Below are positions 1 to 9,459 of a stretch of 57,051 nucleotides of DNA, piece by piece; the first letter of the stretch is position 1, and each line of letters begins with the position of its first letter. Under the pieces are notes generated by a model, which saw nothing but the letters and a program-made list of their open reading frames with translations, was not told where the DNA came from and did not search any database. This DNA comes from a virus. Lineage: Duplodnaviria > Caudoviricetes. The stretch lies in the IMG/VR virus record IMGVR_UViG_3300048031_000576, positions 1 to 57,051 of that record; one strand, given 5' to 3'. The translations under genes were made by a program, and so were the position numbers.

Positions 1-2079
1 GAAGCCATCGAGGAGTCGATGGCGAACCTCTCCTACCGACTTCGGAAGGAGGTGGACGACTTCGCCGCAGGCGTGATCATGGGGCAGGCTCCATCTCTGG
101 AGCAGCACACCTCCGCGCTCTACAAGGCGTTCGCCCCTCTGCGGAAGGCGTTGGGTGGCACCACGACCATGTACCGAGGTCAGCCCATCAACCCTCCGAA
201 GATCGACCGGAAGTGGCTGTCGTGGACTACGGAGCCTCGCATGGCGGCTCGGTTCACGGACATAAGTGGAGACCAGATCATCGAGGCGAAGGTGAAGTCC
301 TCGGACGTGGTGGCCGGAATCCTGTCCCCACGCAATCCGAACTACATCGAGTTTCTGGTCAAGAACCGACCGGAGTACCAGACCCGCAGCCAGAAGCAGG
401 TGCCGATCTACTACGCCCTCTACATGCCGCTGAACCCCCGGTTCTACGACGACATGCCCGAGAACTTCTCCGGCCTCTCCGACCGGGAGCAGTTGGAGTT
501 CAACTACCCCGACTGGAAGCGGTGGTTGAAGGACAATGAGAGGGCTGTCGAGAGGGCTGGAGGGAAAGTCATGCACAGCGCCCCTCCAAAATACGATGAC
601 CGCGCACCCTTCCTCGGAGTCCTCATGCCAGCCGATGCGGAACTTCCCCCGGCGCTCGCCGCTCTCGATGACGCCGAGTATGGGCGTCCCATGCCAAGGT
701 ACATGGGGAAGGTCGCATCAGCCGCCCGTGTCGCTTCCCGGTATGCGGCGACCACGCCTCTCCCCCCATCGTTCCCGAAGACCGAAATCGGGCTGATGAC
801 GATGGACGAGTTTCTGGAGTACCGGAACCCACAGGGCAAGTTCCACGAAACAGAGACGTGGGACTACGACGTGATGAAGATGAACCGCCCCAAGGAGTCC
901 CGCCTTGGGGAAGCGATGGGGTACACATTCGACCAGATGCGGGGTGGAATCAAGGTCACCGAGAAGGACTCACACTCAGCAGGCGTTCCGACCCTTGCAG
1001 GCGTGATTCACAACGGCACCCTCTACTACTCCAACGCCCGAGAGGGCCGAAACATCCCTGACTTCTACTTCGGGATTCGTGCGGACAAGAAGGGCGAGAT
1101 CGAGATCCGTGGCCGCGAGCAGGTAAAGTACCTCTCCGAAGTGCTGCCCAGCATTAGCCCCGTAGCGAAGTGGAACGTCCAAGAGCACCCGAACATCATC
1201 CAACGGCTCATCGTGAAGGGTGAGCAGATGACCCTCCGTTCGAAGGACGGCGGACGCGGATACGCACCTACCCTCGTGATCCTCAACTCCGAGGATCTGG
1301 TAGTCGCCCAAGCCTCGGACGAGTGGGGTGCCACCCTGATTGCCGTGGCCCGTGAGTACCGAGGCCGAGGTCTGGGCAAGATCATCGGCAAGAGGTGGTA
1401 TGAACTCAACCCGAGCAACACTTCGGGCGGGTTCACTTCGGCGGGGGAGGCGAACGCCCTTGCTCTCTGGCGTGACCGGGTGCGCGAGTTCAAGGCTCGT
1501 GGTTGGTACTCCGAGATGATCCGAGAAGGCAGGATCACGATGGACAGGCTGCGGGAAATCTTCAGTGGAGTCAAGGACTCCAAGCGTGACTTGGAGGAGT
1601 TCAAGGCACTCTACTTCTCCGATGAGCGTAAGCCCGACCCCACCGAGCCCACCGGGGACATTCTCGTGTGGTCAGACGGAGACACCGGAGCCATCGTCTA
1701 CGACCGGGCGTTCTTGGAAGACCCCGATGACAGATTCATCCATGGCTATGGGATCCTGCGACACACCCCTCAAACGGGCACTTACATCTTCTCCATCGAA
1801 TACGACCGCCCCTACGCCGAGATGACCACCAAGGCTCTCATGCAGGCGGCTCGGGACGGAGGGGATGACCGGCTGTACGACGGCGACGGGTACTCGGACA
1901 TCGTGGAAGCAGAGAACATTTCCGGCGTCGAGCGGGACGGTGATTACCTCGTTCTGACCCGCGACCTGTTCCCGCTCCGACAGGAGGCCCGGAAGGAGAA
2001 GCGTATCCGCAAGTCTGTGGACCCCTACGACGAGAAGTTCTACCTGCTGCAAGAGCAAGCAGACTCCAAGTGGCGGTAG
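1..2079 (+). CDS. Multidomain putative virion-cargo protein: N-terminal ADP-ribosyltransferase-like domain, RVASRY tag, GNAT acetyltransferase-like domain; possibly 5'-truncated by the window edge
   Basis: Frame is open from base 1 (first ATG at 19). MYRG...LSWTT...EFLV resembles R-S-E clade ART motifs; IAVAREYRGRGLG is a GNAT acetyl-CoA motif A; RVASRY at 727-744. Confidence 0.7.
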   Translation, partial: EAIEESMANLSYRLRKEVDDFAAGVIMGQAPSLEQHTSALYKAFAPLRKALGGTTTMYRGQPINPPKIDRKWLSWTTEPRMAARFTDISGDQIIEAKVKSSDVVAGILSPRNPNYIEFLVKNRPEYQTRSQKQVPIYYALYMPLNPRFYDDMPENFSGLSDREQLEFNYPDWKRWLKDNERAVERAGGKVMHSAPPKYDDRAPFLGVLMPADAELPPALAALDDAEYGRPMPRYMGKVASAARVASRYAATTPLPPSFPKTEIGLMTMDEFLEYRNPQGKFHETETWDYDVMKMNRPKESRLGEAMGYTFDQMRGGIKVTEKDSHSAGVPTLAGVIHNGTLYYSNAREGRNIPDFYFGIRADKKGEIEIRGREQVKYLSEVLPSISPVAKWNVQEHPNIIQRLIVKGEQMTLRSKDGGRGYAPTLVILNSEDLVVAQASDEWGATLIAVAREYRGRGLGKIIGKRWYELNPSNTSGGFTSAGEANALALWRDRVREFKARGWYSEMIREGRITMDRLREIFSGVKDSKRDLEEFKALYFSDERKPDPTEPTGDILVWSDGDTGAIVYDRAFLEDPDDRFIHGYGILRHTPQTGTYIFSIEYDRPYAEMTTKALMQAARDGGDDRLYDGDGYSDIVEAENISGVERDGDYLVLTRDLFPLRQEARKEKRIRKSVDPYDEKFYLLQEQADSKWR

Positions 2080-2111
2080 CCCTTTGTGATGCTGGTGGGC
2101 AAAACCACTTG

Positions 2112-2142
2112 AAAAGCCCCCGCGAACTTCTGCTCGCGGGGG
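2112..2142 (-). terminator. Putative intrinsic terminator between convergent genes
   Basis: 9-bp stem CCCCCGCGA/TCGCGGGGG (2117-2142) followed on the minus strand by CTTTT. Confidence 0.55.
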
Positions 2143-2159
2143 TCAACAGATCCACAAGG

Positions 2160-2318
2160 TCACTCAGCGGAGGTATCGGCTGAGTCCTCGGTATCGGCAG
2201 TGTCCTCGGTATCGGCAGTGTCGAGGGGTGCAGAGGTGTCCTCAGCGCCCGAGTCACTGGAGTCCTTGTCGCCGCAACCGGTGATTACGGTGATCATCAG
2301 AATCAGGAAGTAGTTCAT
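2160..2318 (-). CDS. Small acidic lipoprotein (52 aa, absent from the ORF track)
   Basis: GAGGAG RBS; MNYFLILMITVITGCGDKDSSDSGAEDTSAPLDTADTEDTADTEDSADTSAE has a hydrophobic signal, ITG-C lipobox and 18-nt repeats encoding DTADTE. Confidence 0.7.
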   Translation of the reverse strand: MNYFLILMITVITGCGDKDSSDSGAEDTSAPLDTADTEDTADTEDSADTSAE

Positions 2319-2383
2319 TGTCGTCTCCTCTCAGACATTTGGATTGATGTCTGTACCGTGCAATGCGTGTATTGAGGGTTTAC

Positions 2384-2416
2384 CGATATTTGGTCTATCA
2401 CTAAGCCACGGGTAAG
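2384..2416 (+). promoter_or_regulatory. Putative late promoter motif CG(G/A/T)T(A/G)-N6-CTAT-N11-GGGTAAG
   Basis: CGATA tttggt CTAT N11 GGGTAAG; same spacing recurs before eight other genes or at the window end. Confidence 0.55.
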
Positions 2417-2435
2417 AATTTGCGGGAGCCCGCCC

Positions 2436-4625
2436 ATGCCCAATAAGCCCTCGACGGAAAGCGTCCTTCGCCGCCACGCTGATTTAAACCCGCCACTGGG
2501 TGTTCCCGGTGGTTCCTGCTACCTCCAAGACAGGATCACGCGGAACGTCCAGAGCCCACGGAATCAACAGATTCTTTTGGATCGGCATCTTCGTCAGAAG
2601 GACAAGGGTGGCCGTGGGACCGTGTACGAGCAGGCGATCTACGGGGGGGATCACTCAGAGGGCCGTGTGAGAGGAACGTCGATCAAGCGGCTTGAGATCG
2701 ACCCCCATGCTCAGTACCGGATGGATCAAAAGGGTGTGAGCATGTCTCAGATCTACGCTCTGCTGAAGGATTTTCATGCTGCGTTTACAGAGGAGCGTCG
2801 GGACGGGTATGGGCCGTTGTTGAGAGGACTTCAACAACCAAACGAGTTCCGGTATGAGTATAAGGGGATTCGGGCGTACCTTCGTCCGTTGAGGCTCTAT
2901 GATCCCGTGAGATGGTCAGAAGAGAAAAGGAAGGGGAACAAGCCGGGGCTTGAATTGCATCTGAGGACTGTGCATCCCACCAGTACACGGGACTACACCC
3001 CCACGCCCCCTGACCTCTGCCCCGAAGCATCAAAGGTGGCTTCCCGGTATGCCTTGAAGATGGCTCCCGTTCCGGGTGTCAAGACTCTGGTGACGGACAA
3101 GTCTCAAAAGGGCTTGCCCACAGATACAGACAGAGAGAAGCAGGTAAATCTTCCCTTGCCAGGGTCAGCGACCCCTGGTGGGTCGGGTCGTGCGATCCCG
3201 CAGTTTTCGTACAACACCCCTGATTCGGGGTCCGATCTCAAGCCCCGAACATTGGGTATTCCCGGCGAGCAGTACGGTCATCCGTCGAACAACACATACA
3301 ACACGGTGACCCGCCGCGTCATCGAGAGCAGCAGCGGTCCCGTCTCAGATCTCAAGGCGTACCTCATGGCTCGGCATCGGCTCTACGAGGCAGAGGACTA
3401 TGATGCTCTTTTGGAGTCGATGGAGAACCCGAAGGAGGTTCGTCGTCTTGCTGGGTTGATCGGTGATGTAGACGAGTACCTGACGGACAAACGCCGTCCC
3501 TTAGATTCCCGGTATGATGGGGATGCCCTTACGTTGTTGGAAGAGGGTCGAGCGGTGATCCATCTGTCGGACGGGGGGTATTCACGACTCACGCTGGCGT
3601 TTGACATCCCCCATGTTCTGTGGATCGACCGAGGGCTTTCGTCTGCGAAGGTGGTGGAGCGTTGGGAGCGTACACGCGCAGCGTCCTCCAAGCGTACTCG
3701 CATCGCGAGTTCCCGGTGGCCGGGTGGCCGATATCCTGATGTGAAGTCCTACACGGATCATTTTGAGGTGGGCGACGAGGGCTATCCGGAGTGGTTTTTC
3801 GTGTCTCAAGGGAGCCTGAGTGCTGCACCTGACTATGGAACCTCGGACGCCGCGTTGCCACGCGGCAACGTGGCGTCTTCAGAGGATTCTGAGGAGGGTG
3901 TCGAGAAGGTCGCCTACAAGCGGAGGTGGCAAACAGGTCAACGTCAGCGGAGATCACGGGGGTCCGATAGGATCAAGCGGAAGCAGTACAACCGCCGAAA
4001 CAAGCAGAAGCGGAAAACACAGTCACGTCGGTGGCGTCAACGGAACAAGAACAAGCCCGCTTTCCGGCAGAGCGAGCGTCGTCGTCGTACACAGAACCGT
4101 ACTCGCAAACGGGCGAGCGTCTTGACGGTCCCTGATATCGCCTTCCTCATCGGTCCCGAACAGATGCTTGGGTATATCCACTCAATCTCCCCGATGAGTG
4201 GCATGGTCACCATTGAGTTGGACGAGACAAATGTGAGCCAGTTGGATTCACTGCCTGTGGAGTTGTTCCTCCGCATGGCCGTGTTCTTGACTGAGCAGGA
4301 TATTGATGCGTTCTATGATCTGGTGGACGTTGAGATTGGTCCCAGCGCGTATGCTGATCTGAACAAGCGGCAGGTTCGGCAATGCGCTTTTCGGTATGAC
4401 CGTGATCCCGACTCCGACGAGTTCAAGTCGGATTGCTTTGGCCTTACCGACGAGTACGAGTTGTCGTCCATGGGTGCGGATCAACTGGATTCCGTGGTCA
4501 CCCACTTAGTTCAGGGGTTCATTGAGGAGGGTCACGCCCGCTCTCAGACGGATGCTGACAACCCGGAGATTTCGGACGAGTACGACTCTCACCTCTACTA
4601 CGGAGAGGTCGATGTCAAGCGGTAA
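2436..4625 (+). CDS. Multidomain putative cargo protein with KVASRY tag, possible DUF4258/RelE-like RNase segment and Arg-rich tract
   Basis: 729-aa ORF; IDPHAQYRMDQKGV resembles the HA..RM motif of DUF4258-like proteins; KVASRY at 3033-3050; long R/K/Q-rich stretch. Confidence 0.65.
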   Translation: MPNKPSTESVLRRHADLNPPLGVPGGSCYLQDRITRNVQSPRNQQILLDRHLRQKDKGGRGTVYEQAIYGGDHSEGRVRGTSIKRLEIDPHAQYRMDQKGVSMSQIYALLKDFHAAFTEERRDGYGPLLRGLQQPNEFRYEYKGIRAYLRPLRLYDPVRWSEEKRKGNKPGLELHLRTVHPTSTRDYTPTPPDLCPEASKVASRYALKMAPVPGVKTLVTDKSQKGLPTDTDREKQVNLPLPGSATPGGSGRAIPQFSYNTPDSGSDLKPRTLGIPGEQYGHPSNNTYNTVTRRVIESSSGPVSDLKAYLMARHRLYEAEDYDALLESMENPKEVRRLAGLIGDVDEYLTDKRRPLDSRYDGDALTLLEEGRAVIHLSDGGYSRLTLAFDIPHVLWIDRGLSSAKVVERWERTRAASSKRTRIASSRWPGGRYPDVKSYTDHFEVGDEGYPEWFFVSQGSLSAAPDYGTSDAALPRGNVASSEDSEEGVEKVAYKRRWQTGQRQRRSRGSDRIKRKQYNRRNKQKRKTQSRRWRQRNKNKPAFRQSERRRRTQNRTRKRASVLTVPDIAFLIGPEQMLGYIHSISPMSGMVTIELDETNVSQLDSLPVELFLRMAVFLTEQDIDAFYDLVDVEIGPSAYADLNKRQVRQCAFRYDRDPDSDEFKSDCFGLTDEYELSSMGADQLDSVVTHLVQGFIEEGHARSQTDADNPEISDEYDSHLYYGEVDVKR

Positions 4626-7149
4626 CCATCGGTGGGCGTATGTGAAGGGTGACATCCGTTCCCCTCAGACCCCCGGAGGGCAGAACCGCCAGCCGCAGCG
4701 GAAGCAGACTCCGCAGGAGAGGTTGAAGCGGAAGCGGCGACATCAGCGGAACAAGGCTCGGGACAACCGAGATGCCCTGCGGCGTTACCACACCAAGTAC
4801 AAGAGGAAGCGGAAGATGACGCAGCGGAGAGAGGAGTACCGGGAGAACCCAGAGCGGTACGAGAGGAAGGCTCCACGGGAATATGAGCGCCCGGACAAGA
4901 CGGCTGTGGCGCAGCGGTACGCGGCTCGTCCGATTCCTGTGGACAAGGCACAACTCCGCAAGATCGCTCAGGGGCTTGTGGACGCGATGGTCGCCAAGGC
5001 TCGTAAAGCCGGGAATGGTAGCGGGTGGGACTACAGGCCGCTTCACGCATACAACAGCCGTAACGGTGTGACGGCGCAAGGCCCGAGCGTTCTCATTGAG
5101 AACCCCTTGGTCTACGGGTCCGGTTTTGTAGGCAAGCCTCTGACCATTCCTGTGTGGGGAGTGACCGCGAAACTGAGGAAAAGAGACCCCCGACGAATCC
5201 ACGTTGACACCCGACGAAGCCGTGTCCCCAGCGCATCATACGCAATCTGGGATGAGAGGAACCAGTGGATTGAGATTCGGTTCAACGCTCGTCTCAGTGG
5301 AGCGGAGTTGGAGGATTCCAAGACCGTAGACGATGTGTACAGCGTTCTTCTCCACGAGGTCACACACGCCACCGAGATGGTCATTGACCGCGCACTTGCT
5401 GAACGCGAAGCCAACCCAGATCGACCCACTCACACCAGCCACCGTCCCGATTACTACGACATCCCGGTTGAGGTGCGTGCTTTCATGCAACAGGTGGCAG
5501 ACGAAGTGGAAACCGCTGTCCGCTCTGGGGTTCCGTTCAGGCAAGCGTTGAAGGAGAGCCGATCTTGGCAGCGTGTGTCTCCCCGCATGAACCAGAAGAA
5601 TCTGAAGAAGATTATGAAGGGGGTCTACACCTACATCGAGGAACAGGGTCTTCCTGTTCGGACAGCGAGCCGCCTCTGGTATCATGGCTCCCCGAAGCGG
5701 TTTGAAGGCTTCAAGACCTACGAAGGCCACACCTTCGGCAAGGGGCCGTCCGAGGTGCCTCTTTTCTTCAGCCCCTCCAAGTCCTTCGCCAAGATGTACG
5801 CCACGGGTCCAGAGGGGACGATCTACGCCGCCCGGTTGACGTGGCGGAAGGTCTTTGACGGCGGGGACTTGTATCAGGATTCCCGATACTGGCCCCCGGA
5901 GTATGAAGACCTGACTCCAGAGGGCAAGACCCTGTACGACGACCTCGCTGATGGAAAGGTGTTCCCCGGTGTAGACGAGGACGACCTGCTTGACGGCTAC
6001 CCGAGCCTTTGGGCGCAGATTCTCCGCATGGACTACGACATCATCGAGGATGCGGCGTTCAAGCGTTGGCTCAAGAAGCACGGCTACGACGCTGCCTATG
6101 TCACAGGCGATGGGGAGCAGAACGTGTTTGTGTTCTCCCCGAATCAGGTTGAGATCGTTGAGGTGATGGGTGAGCATCCCGAGTGGTCCGGTGTCCGAAC
6201 TGCCGGTGACGTGATGCTGTACGACCAGCACAACCCGGCAAACAACGAGATCAAGCAGCCCGGTTCTGATGTGAACTACCGTGCGGTGGGTCCGACCACG
6301 TATGAAACCATACCGGATCAGAATCAGGGTGAGCCCCCCGGTAATCGCGTGCCCAACAGACAACTCGACGGAGTGCCCCCGGCGACCTCAAGGGTGATCC
6401 CAGAGCAGATGAAGGAAACCTTGAGGGACAACATGACCTACGTGAAGGGGTCGGCGCGTAAAACGCGGGAAAACCGGATCAGTAAGCACTTGGCACTGAA
6501 GAAGATCTACGAGCAGGCGCACGATCCCGAGGGGATTGAATACGGATCTGCTCATGTGATCTCTGATTGGGGGGATCGGCAGTGGTTGATGTCGTACCTC
6601 ACCTACACGGGCAAAGTACGAAAAGTGCTGGTCAGCGGTCATGTGACCGGACCGGGGCGGGTGTACTTAGCGGTGCTGCCGTTCAGTACCCGTCGAGCGG
6701 CTTTGCTCTCCGAGATCATGGGGAATTGCGGACCTAAGATCCGCGAGCGTGCTCGTGGTCTTCAGTTCAACAGGGTTCGGGTCAACCCCGATCAGGGACT
6801 CCTCTTGTACGACGTGCGAGGAAAGGATGGGGACGTTTACCGCGTGCGGCTCAAGGGGGAGCGAAAGGGCAACGTCAAAGCATTGGCGAAGATGCCCCTC
6901 AAAGTGTCTTGTTCATGCCCTGCTTTTCGTTGGCAGGGGCCTGAGCATTGGGCAAAGAAGAACAGGTACCTGTACGGTAAACCCGTGGGGTCCGCGTCCA
7001 AACCCGCAGTCCGTGATCCCGGAGGTAAGCACTGGGCGTGTAAACATGTGTACGCGGTTTTGGACGCAAAAACAGGGCTCCGCTTTGCGAGAGCGGAGCC
7101 CTATGTGGGTCGGGTAGTGTCCATTCACCGACAAAAGCGAGGGGAGTGA
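4612..7149 (+). CDS. Polyvalent-type protein: Arg-rich N-terminus, AVAQRY tag, zincin metallopeptidase, ART-like domain, SWIM zinc finger
   Basis: GGAG RBS before ATG 4612; HEVTH...EVRAF (zincin); WYHGS...FFS...YA (ART-like); CSCPAF...CKH (SWIM). Confidence 0.75.
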   Translation: MSSGNHRWAYVKGDIRSPQTPGGQNRQPQRKQTPQERLKRKRRHQRNKARDNRDALRRYHTKYKRKRKMTQRREEYRENPERYERKAPREYERPDKTAVAQRYAARPIPVDKAQLRKIAQGLVDAMVAKARKAGNGSGWDYRPLHAYNSRNGVTAQGPSVLIENPLVYGSGFVGKPLTIPVWGVTAKLRKRDPRRIHVDTRRSRVPSASYAIWDERNQWIEIRFNARLSGAELEDSKTVDDVYSVLLHEVTHATEMVIDRALAEREANPDRPTHTSHRPDYYDIPVEVRAFMQQVADEVETAVRSGVPFRQALKESRSWQRVSPRMNQKNLKKIMKGVYTYIEEQGLPVRTASRLWYHGSPKRFEGFKTYEGHTFGKGPSEVPLFFSPSKSFAKMYATGPEGTIYAARLTWRKVFDGGDLYQDSRYWPPEYEDLTPEGKTLYDDLADGKVFPGVDEDDLLDGYPSLWAQILRMDYDIIEDAAFKRWLKKHGYDAAYVTGDGEQNVFVFSPNQVEIVEVMGEHPEWSGVRTAGDVMLYDQHNPANNEIKQPGSDVNYRAVGPTTYETIPDQNQGEPPGNRVPNRQLDGVPPATSRVIPEQMKETLRDNMTYVKGSARKTRENRISKHLALKKIYEQAHDPEGIEYGSAHVISDWGDRQWLMSYLTYTGKVRKVLVSGHVTGPGRVYLAVLPFSTRRAALLSEIMGNCGPKIRERARGLQFNRVRVNPDQGLLLYDVRGKDGDVYRVRLKGERKGNVKALAKMPLKVSCSCPAFRWQGPEHWAKKNRYLYGKPVGSASKPAVRDPGGKHWACKHVYAVLDAKTGLRFARAEPYVGRVVSIHRQKRGE

Positions 7150-7319
7150 TGTTTGAGCCGTGTCCCGTATGTGGTTGTGACCCGTGTGACTGCGAGGATT
7201 ACTCGGGTTCCTTGAGCATCTTGTTCGCCGCGCCTTCCACGGGGAGTCTTCCTATCGCTGCATCCAGCAGGGTCACACCACGGATTGCTTCGGTGATTTC
7301 GTTGAAGGCTCGCTTGTAG
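7149..7319 (+). CDS. Possible small Cys-rich peptide (CPVCGCDPCDC)
   Basis: TGATG stop/start overlap with the upstream gene; 56 aa; overlaps the convergent gene by 121 nt. Confidence 0.3.
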   Translation: MFEPCPVCGCDPCDCEDYSGSLSILFAAPSTGSLPIAASSRVTPRIASVISLKARL

Positions 7320-7525
7320 TCAGGCTCCATTCGGACCTCGGTTTTGCCCGCGTGTCCGTGGATTGCGTTGATCTCTCCGATGTTGTCGTAGATCGTGATG
7401 GAGGGATGCTCAGACAACCAGAATAGAGCAACCCGTCCGTTGTCGGCCACGAAGCCTTGAGCGACCCGCCCGGTGCCACTGATGCCGGACTCGTCCTCGT
7501 TTCTCCAGAGGTAAAACACCTTCAT
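7199..7525 (-). CDS. Conserved phage hypothetical protein
   Basis: F.L.R..D.SG.SGTG.VA.G....G...W...S...Y......IHGH.G.T pattern recalled from a widespread phage family; ATGA coupling to the upstream gene. Confidence 0.75.
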   Translation of the reverse strand: MKVFYLWRNEDESGISGTGRVAQGFVADNGRVALFWLSEHPSITIYDNIGEINAIHGHAGKTEVRMEPDYKRAFNEITEAIRGVTLLDAAIGRLPVEGAANKMLKEPE

Positions 7526-7947
7526 GTGATATGACCCTTCATTAATGGGTATTCAGACACTTCTGTTTCCGTCCACGGGGGAGATCTGAGAATATGGTAG
7601 CCCCTTTGTTGTAGCAGACCCTCTGCAACCTTTTTGGCATTCGAAAGGGAGTCAAGGGGTCCGATTTCTTCCCCCGAATCCATAAAGACGAACCAGTCCG
7701 AGCCTATCTCTGGCTGACACACCTCTACGTGATATTCTTCGGTCGCGGTATTGTATTGAAATCCTCTCATGGTGGGGTATACCAGTCGATCCCCCTTCAT
7801 AACGGGTGGGGGAAGTATCTTTTCCCTCCAGCGTGGTTCCAAGAGACCTCTTCTTAGGATCTCTCGGCGTAGAATCGCGAGATTCACAGGGTCATCCAGG
7901 ATCCCCGCCAGTGTCAGGTAGCGCGGGCTGACCCCTTCCTCACTCAT
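7522..7947 (-). CDS. Hypothetical protein
   Basis: 141-aa ORF overlapping both neighbours in a minus-strand operon. Confidence 0.65.
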   Translation of the reverse strand: MSEEGVSPRYLTLAGILDDPVNLAILRREILRRGLLEPRWREKILPPPVMKGDRLVYPTMRGFQYNTATEEYHVEVCQPEIGSDWFVFMDSGEEIGPLDSLSNAKKVAEGLLQQRGYHILRSPPWTETEVSEYPLMKGHIT

Positions 7948-8170
7948 GGCTTTCGCCTAAGAGGTGCGAGATCGACGGGGTCACCTCATAGAGAACGATT
8001 GTTCTACCCAATACATTCTTCCATTGTCGGACACGCTCGCGGCTGACGGTAAAAGCAGTCGCGATTTCCTGGTTGTTGTCGTTTGTTTTGAATCTTTCCA
8101 AGAGATTATGGAAGGCATCCTCTCCGTACTTTCGGATTAGATTCTCAGCAACCTTTTCTGGTGGGGTCAT
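7940..8170 (-). CDS. Small helix-turn-helix protein (sigma region 4-like)
   Basis: NQEIATAFTVSRERVRQW matches the sigma70 r4-type HTH pattern. Confidence 0.7.
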   Translation of the reverse strand: MTPPEKVAENLIRKYGEDAFHNLLERFKTNDNNQEIATAFTVSRERVRQWKNVLGRTIVLYEVTPSISHLLGESHE

Positions 8171-8218
8171 ATGAGTCCCTTTGAGGGTGGGGGGGTGTTT
8201 TTAGCGTACCCCCTCACG

Positions 8219-8629
8219 TTATTCCTCGGTGTATCCCGCGTGAAGAACCTCACGCCCTTCAGGATCCTTGATCCAAGAGTCTTCTTCCATGTGGATGTGA
8301 CCCGTCCACCATCCGGGCTGACGCTCCGGTATAGGCGTTCCGTCCTCAAAACGGAAGACTCTTCTTGGCTCCCTCTTGAAGATCTCCAGAGCCTTTCTCT
8401 CCCGCTCCTCATAGGAGAGAGCCTCATCGCAGAGGATCAAGGTGGCGGCATCTTCCAGGTCAGACAAATCCTCTTTGATTTGTCTGACCGTGCCCGGAAG
8501 GTTCTCGGGAGAGAGGTTTACTGAGGGGAGTGCCTTCCACCATGCCTCCAACTGGGCAGGGGAAAACTCCGTCTCCCAGTACCATGTTTTCCAGCCGTAT
8601 TCTTCTTCCAGTAGAACGGTGGCTATCAT
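8219..8629 (-). CDS. Hypothetical protein, paralog of 8626-8997
   Basis: Shares WETxFSPAQLEAWWK and HxHxEEDSxxKDPxG with its neighbour. Confidence 0.75.
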   Translation of the reverse strand: MIATVLLEEEYGWKTWYWETEFSPAQLEAWWKALPSVNLSPENLPGTVRQIKEDLSDLEDAATLILCDEALSYEERERKALEIFKREPRRVFRFEDGTPIPERQPGWWTGHIHMEEDSWIKDPEGREVLHAGYTEE

Positions 8630-8997
8630 ATAAAATTCCCCTGTGGATCTTTGAGGTAAGAGTCTTCCTCAAGGTGCTGGTGTGCCGTCCAAAATTCGGC
8701 GGCACGGCGGACCGGTTCTCCGGTATCGCAGAAACGGTACAAAAACGGGGCGCGTTTGTACCACTCGGCCCACATGGCGAACCGCTCCTCGTCCGATTTG
8801 GACGGGAACTCCTTCAAGAGTTCCTCCTTCTTCAACTCGGACGGGCGGGGGTCTTCCTCAACCTCCCGCATGTCCTCCAGGGGGAATCCTGGACCCTCGT
8901 CCTTCCACCATGCCTCCAACTGGGCAGGGGAAAAATCGGTCTCCCAAAGGAAGACCTCGTATCCGTACTCATGGATTACCCAAACAGACACACCCAT
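8626..8997 (-). CDS. Hypothetical protein, paralog of 8219-8629
   Basis: AAGGA RBS before ATG 8997; same two motifs. Confidence 0.75.
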   Translation of the reverse strand: MGVSVWVIHEYGYEVFLWETDFSPAQLEAWWKDEGPGFPLEDMREVEEDPRPSELKKEELLKEFPSKSDEERFAMWAEWYKRAPFLYRFCDTGEPVRRAAEFWTAHQHLEEDSYLKDPQGNFI

Positions 8998-9053
8998 GTT
9001 GATTTCCTTTGCCCCCTGTCGTTTGGGGGGCGTTGTTGGCTTCACCCTATAGG

Positions 9054-9084
9054 TAAGAAAGGAGCCCGGATCGGTACCCCCCCC
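9054..9084 (-). promoter_or_regulatory. Putative promoter motif GGGGGGT-N9-GGCTC-N3-TCYTA (copy 1)
   Basis: Minus strand GGGGGGT ACCGATCCG GGCTC CTTTCTTA, upstream of gene 8997. Confidence 0.55.
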
Positions 9085-9086
9085 AG

Positions 9087-9272
9087 TCAAAAACGTTCCA
9101 CGTCACGGTACACGGCACCGTACACGGCATCGTACACGGCCCAGGACACGGCACGGTCAACGGCATCGTCCACGGCATCTTCCACGGCACCGTCCACGGC
9201 ACGGTACACGGCCCAGTACACGGCCCCCCACACGGCACGGTTCACGGCACGGCTCACGGCAACGTTAGTCAT
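9087..9272 (-). CDS. AVxx mini-protein A12 (61 aa, terminal unit, ends DVERF)
   Basis: MTNVAVSRAVNRAVWG...; GGGAG RBS; 8-nt overlap with the previous stop. Confidence 0.7.
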   Translation of the reverse strand: MTNVAVSRAVNRAVWGAVYWAVYRAVDGAVEDAVDDAVDRAVSWAVYDAVYGAVYRDVERF

Positions 9273-9459
9273 GGTTGATCTCCCACACGGCAGCGTCCAC
9301 GGCCCAGTACACGGCACGGTTCACGGCACGGTTCACGTCACGCCACACGGCACTCCTCACGCCACGGCTCACGGCAACGTGTACGTCACGGCTCACGCCA
9401 CCGCTCACGGCACAGTACACGGCTTCGATCACGGCATCCTCCACGGCAACGTTAGTCAT
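9265..9459 (-). CDS. AVxx mini-protein A11 (64 aa)
   Basis: MTNVAVED...AVWEINHD. Confidence 0.7.
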   Translation of the reverse strand: MTNVAVEDAVIEAVYCAVSGGVSRDVHVAVSRGVRSAVWRDVNRAVNRAVYWAVDAAVWEINHD

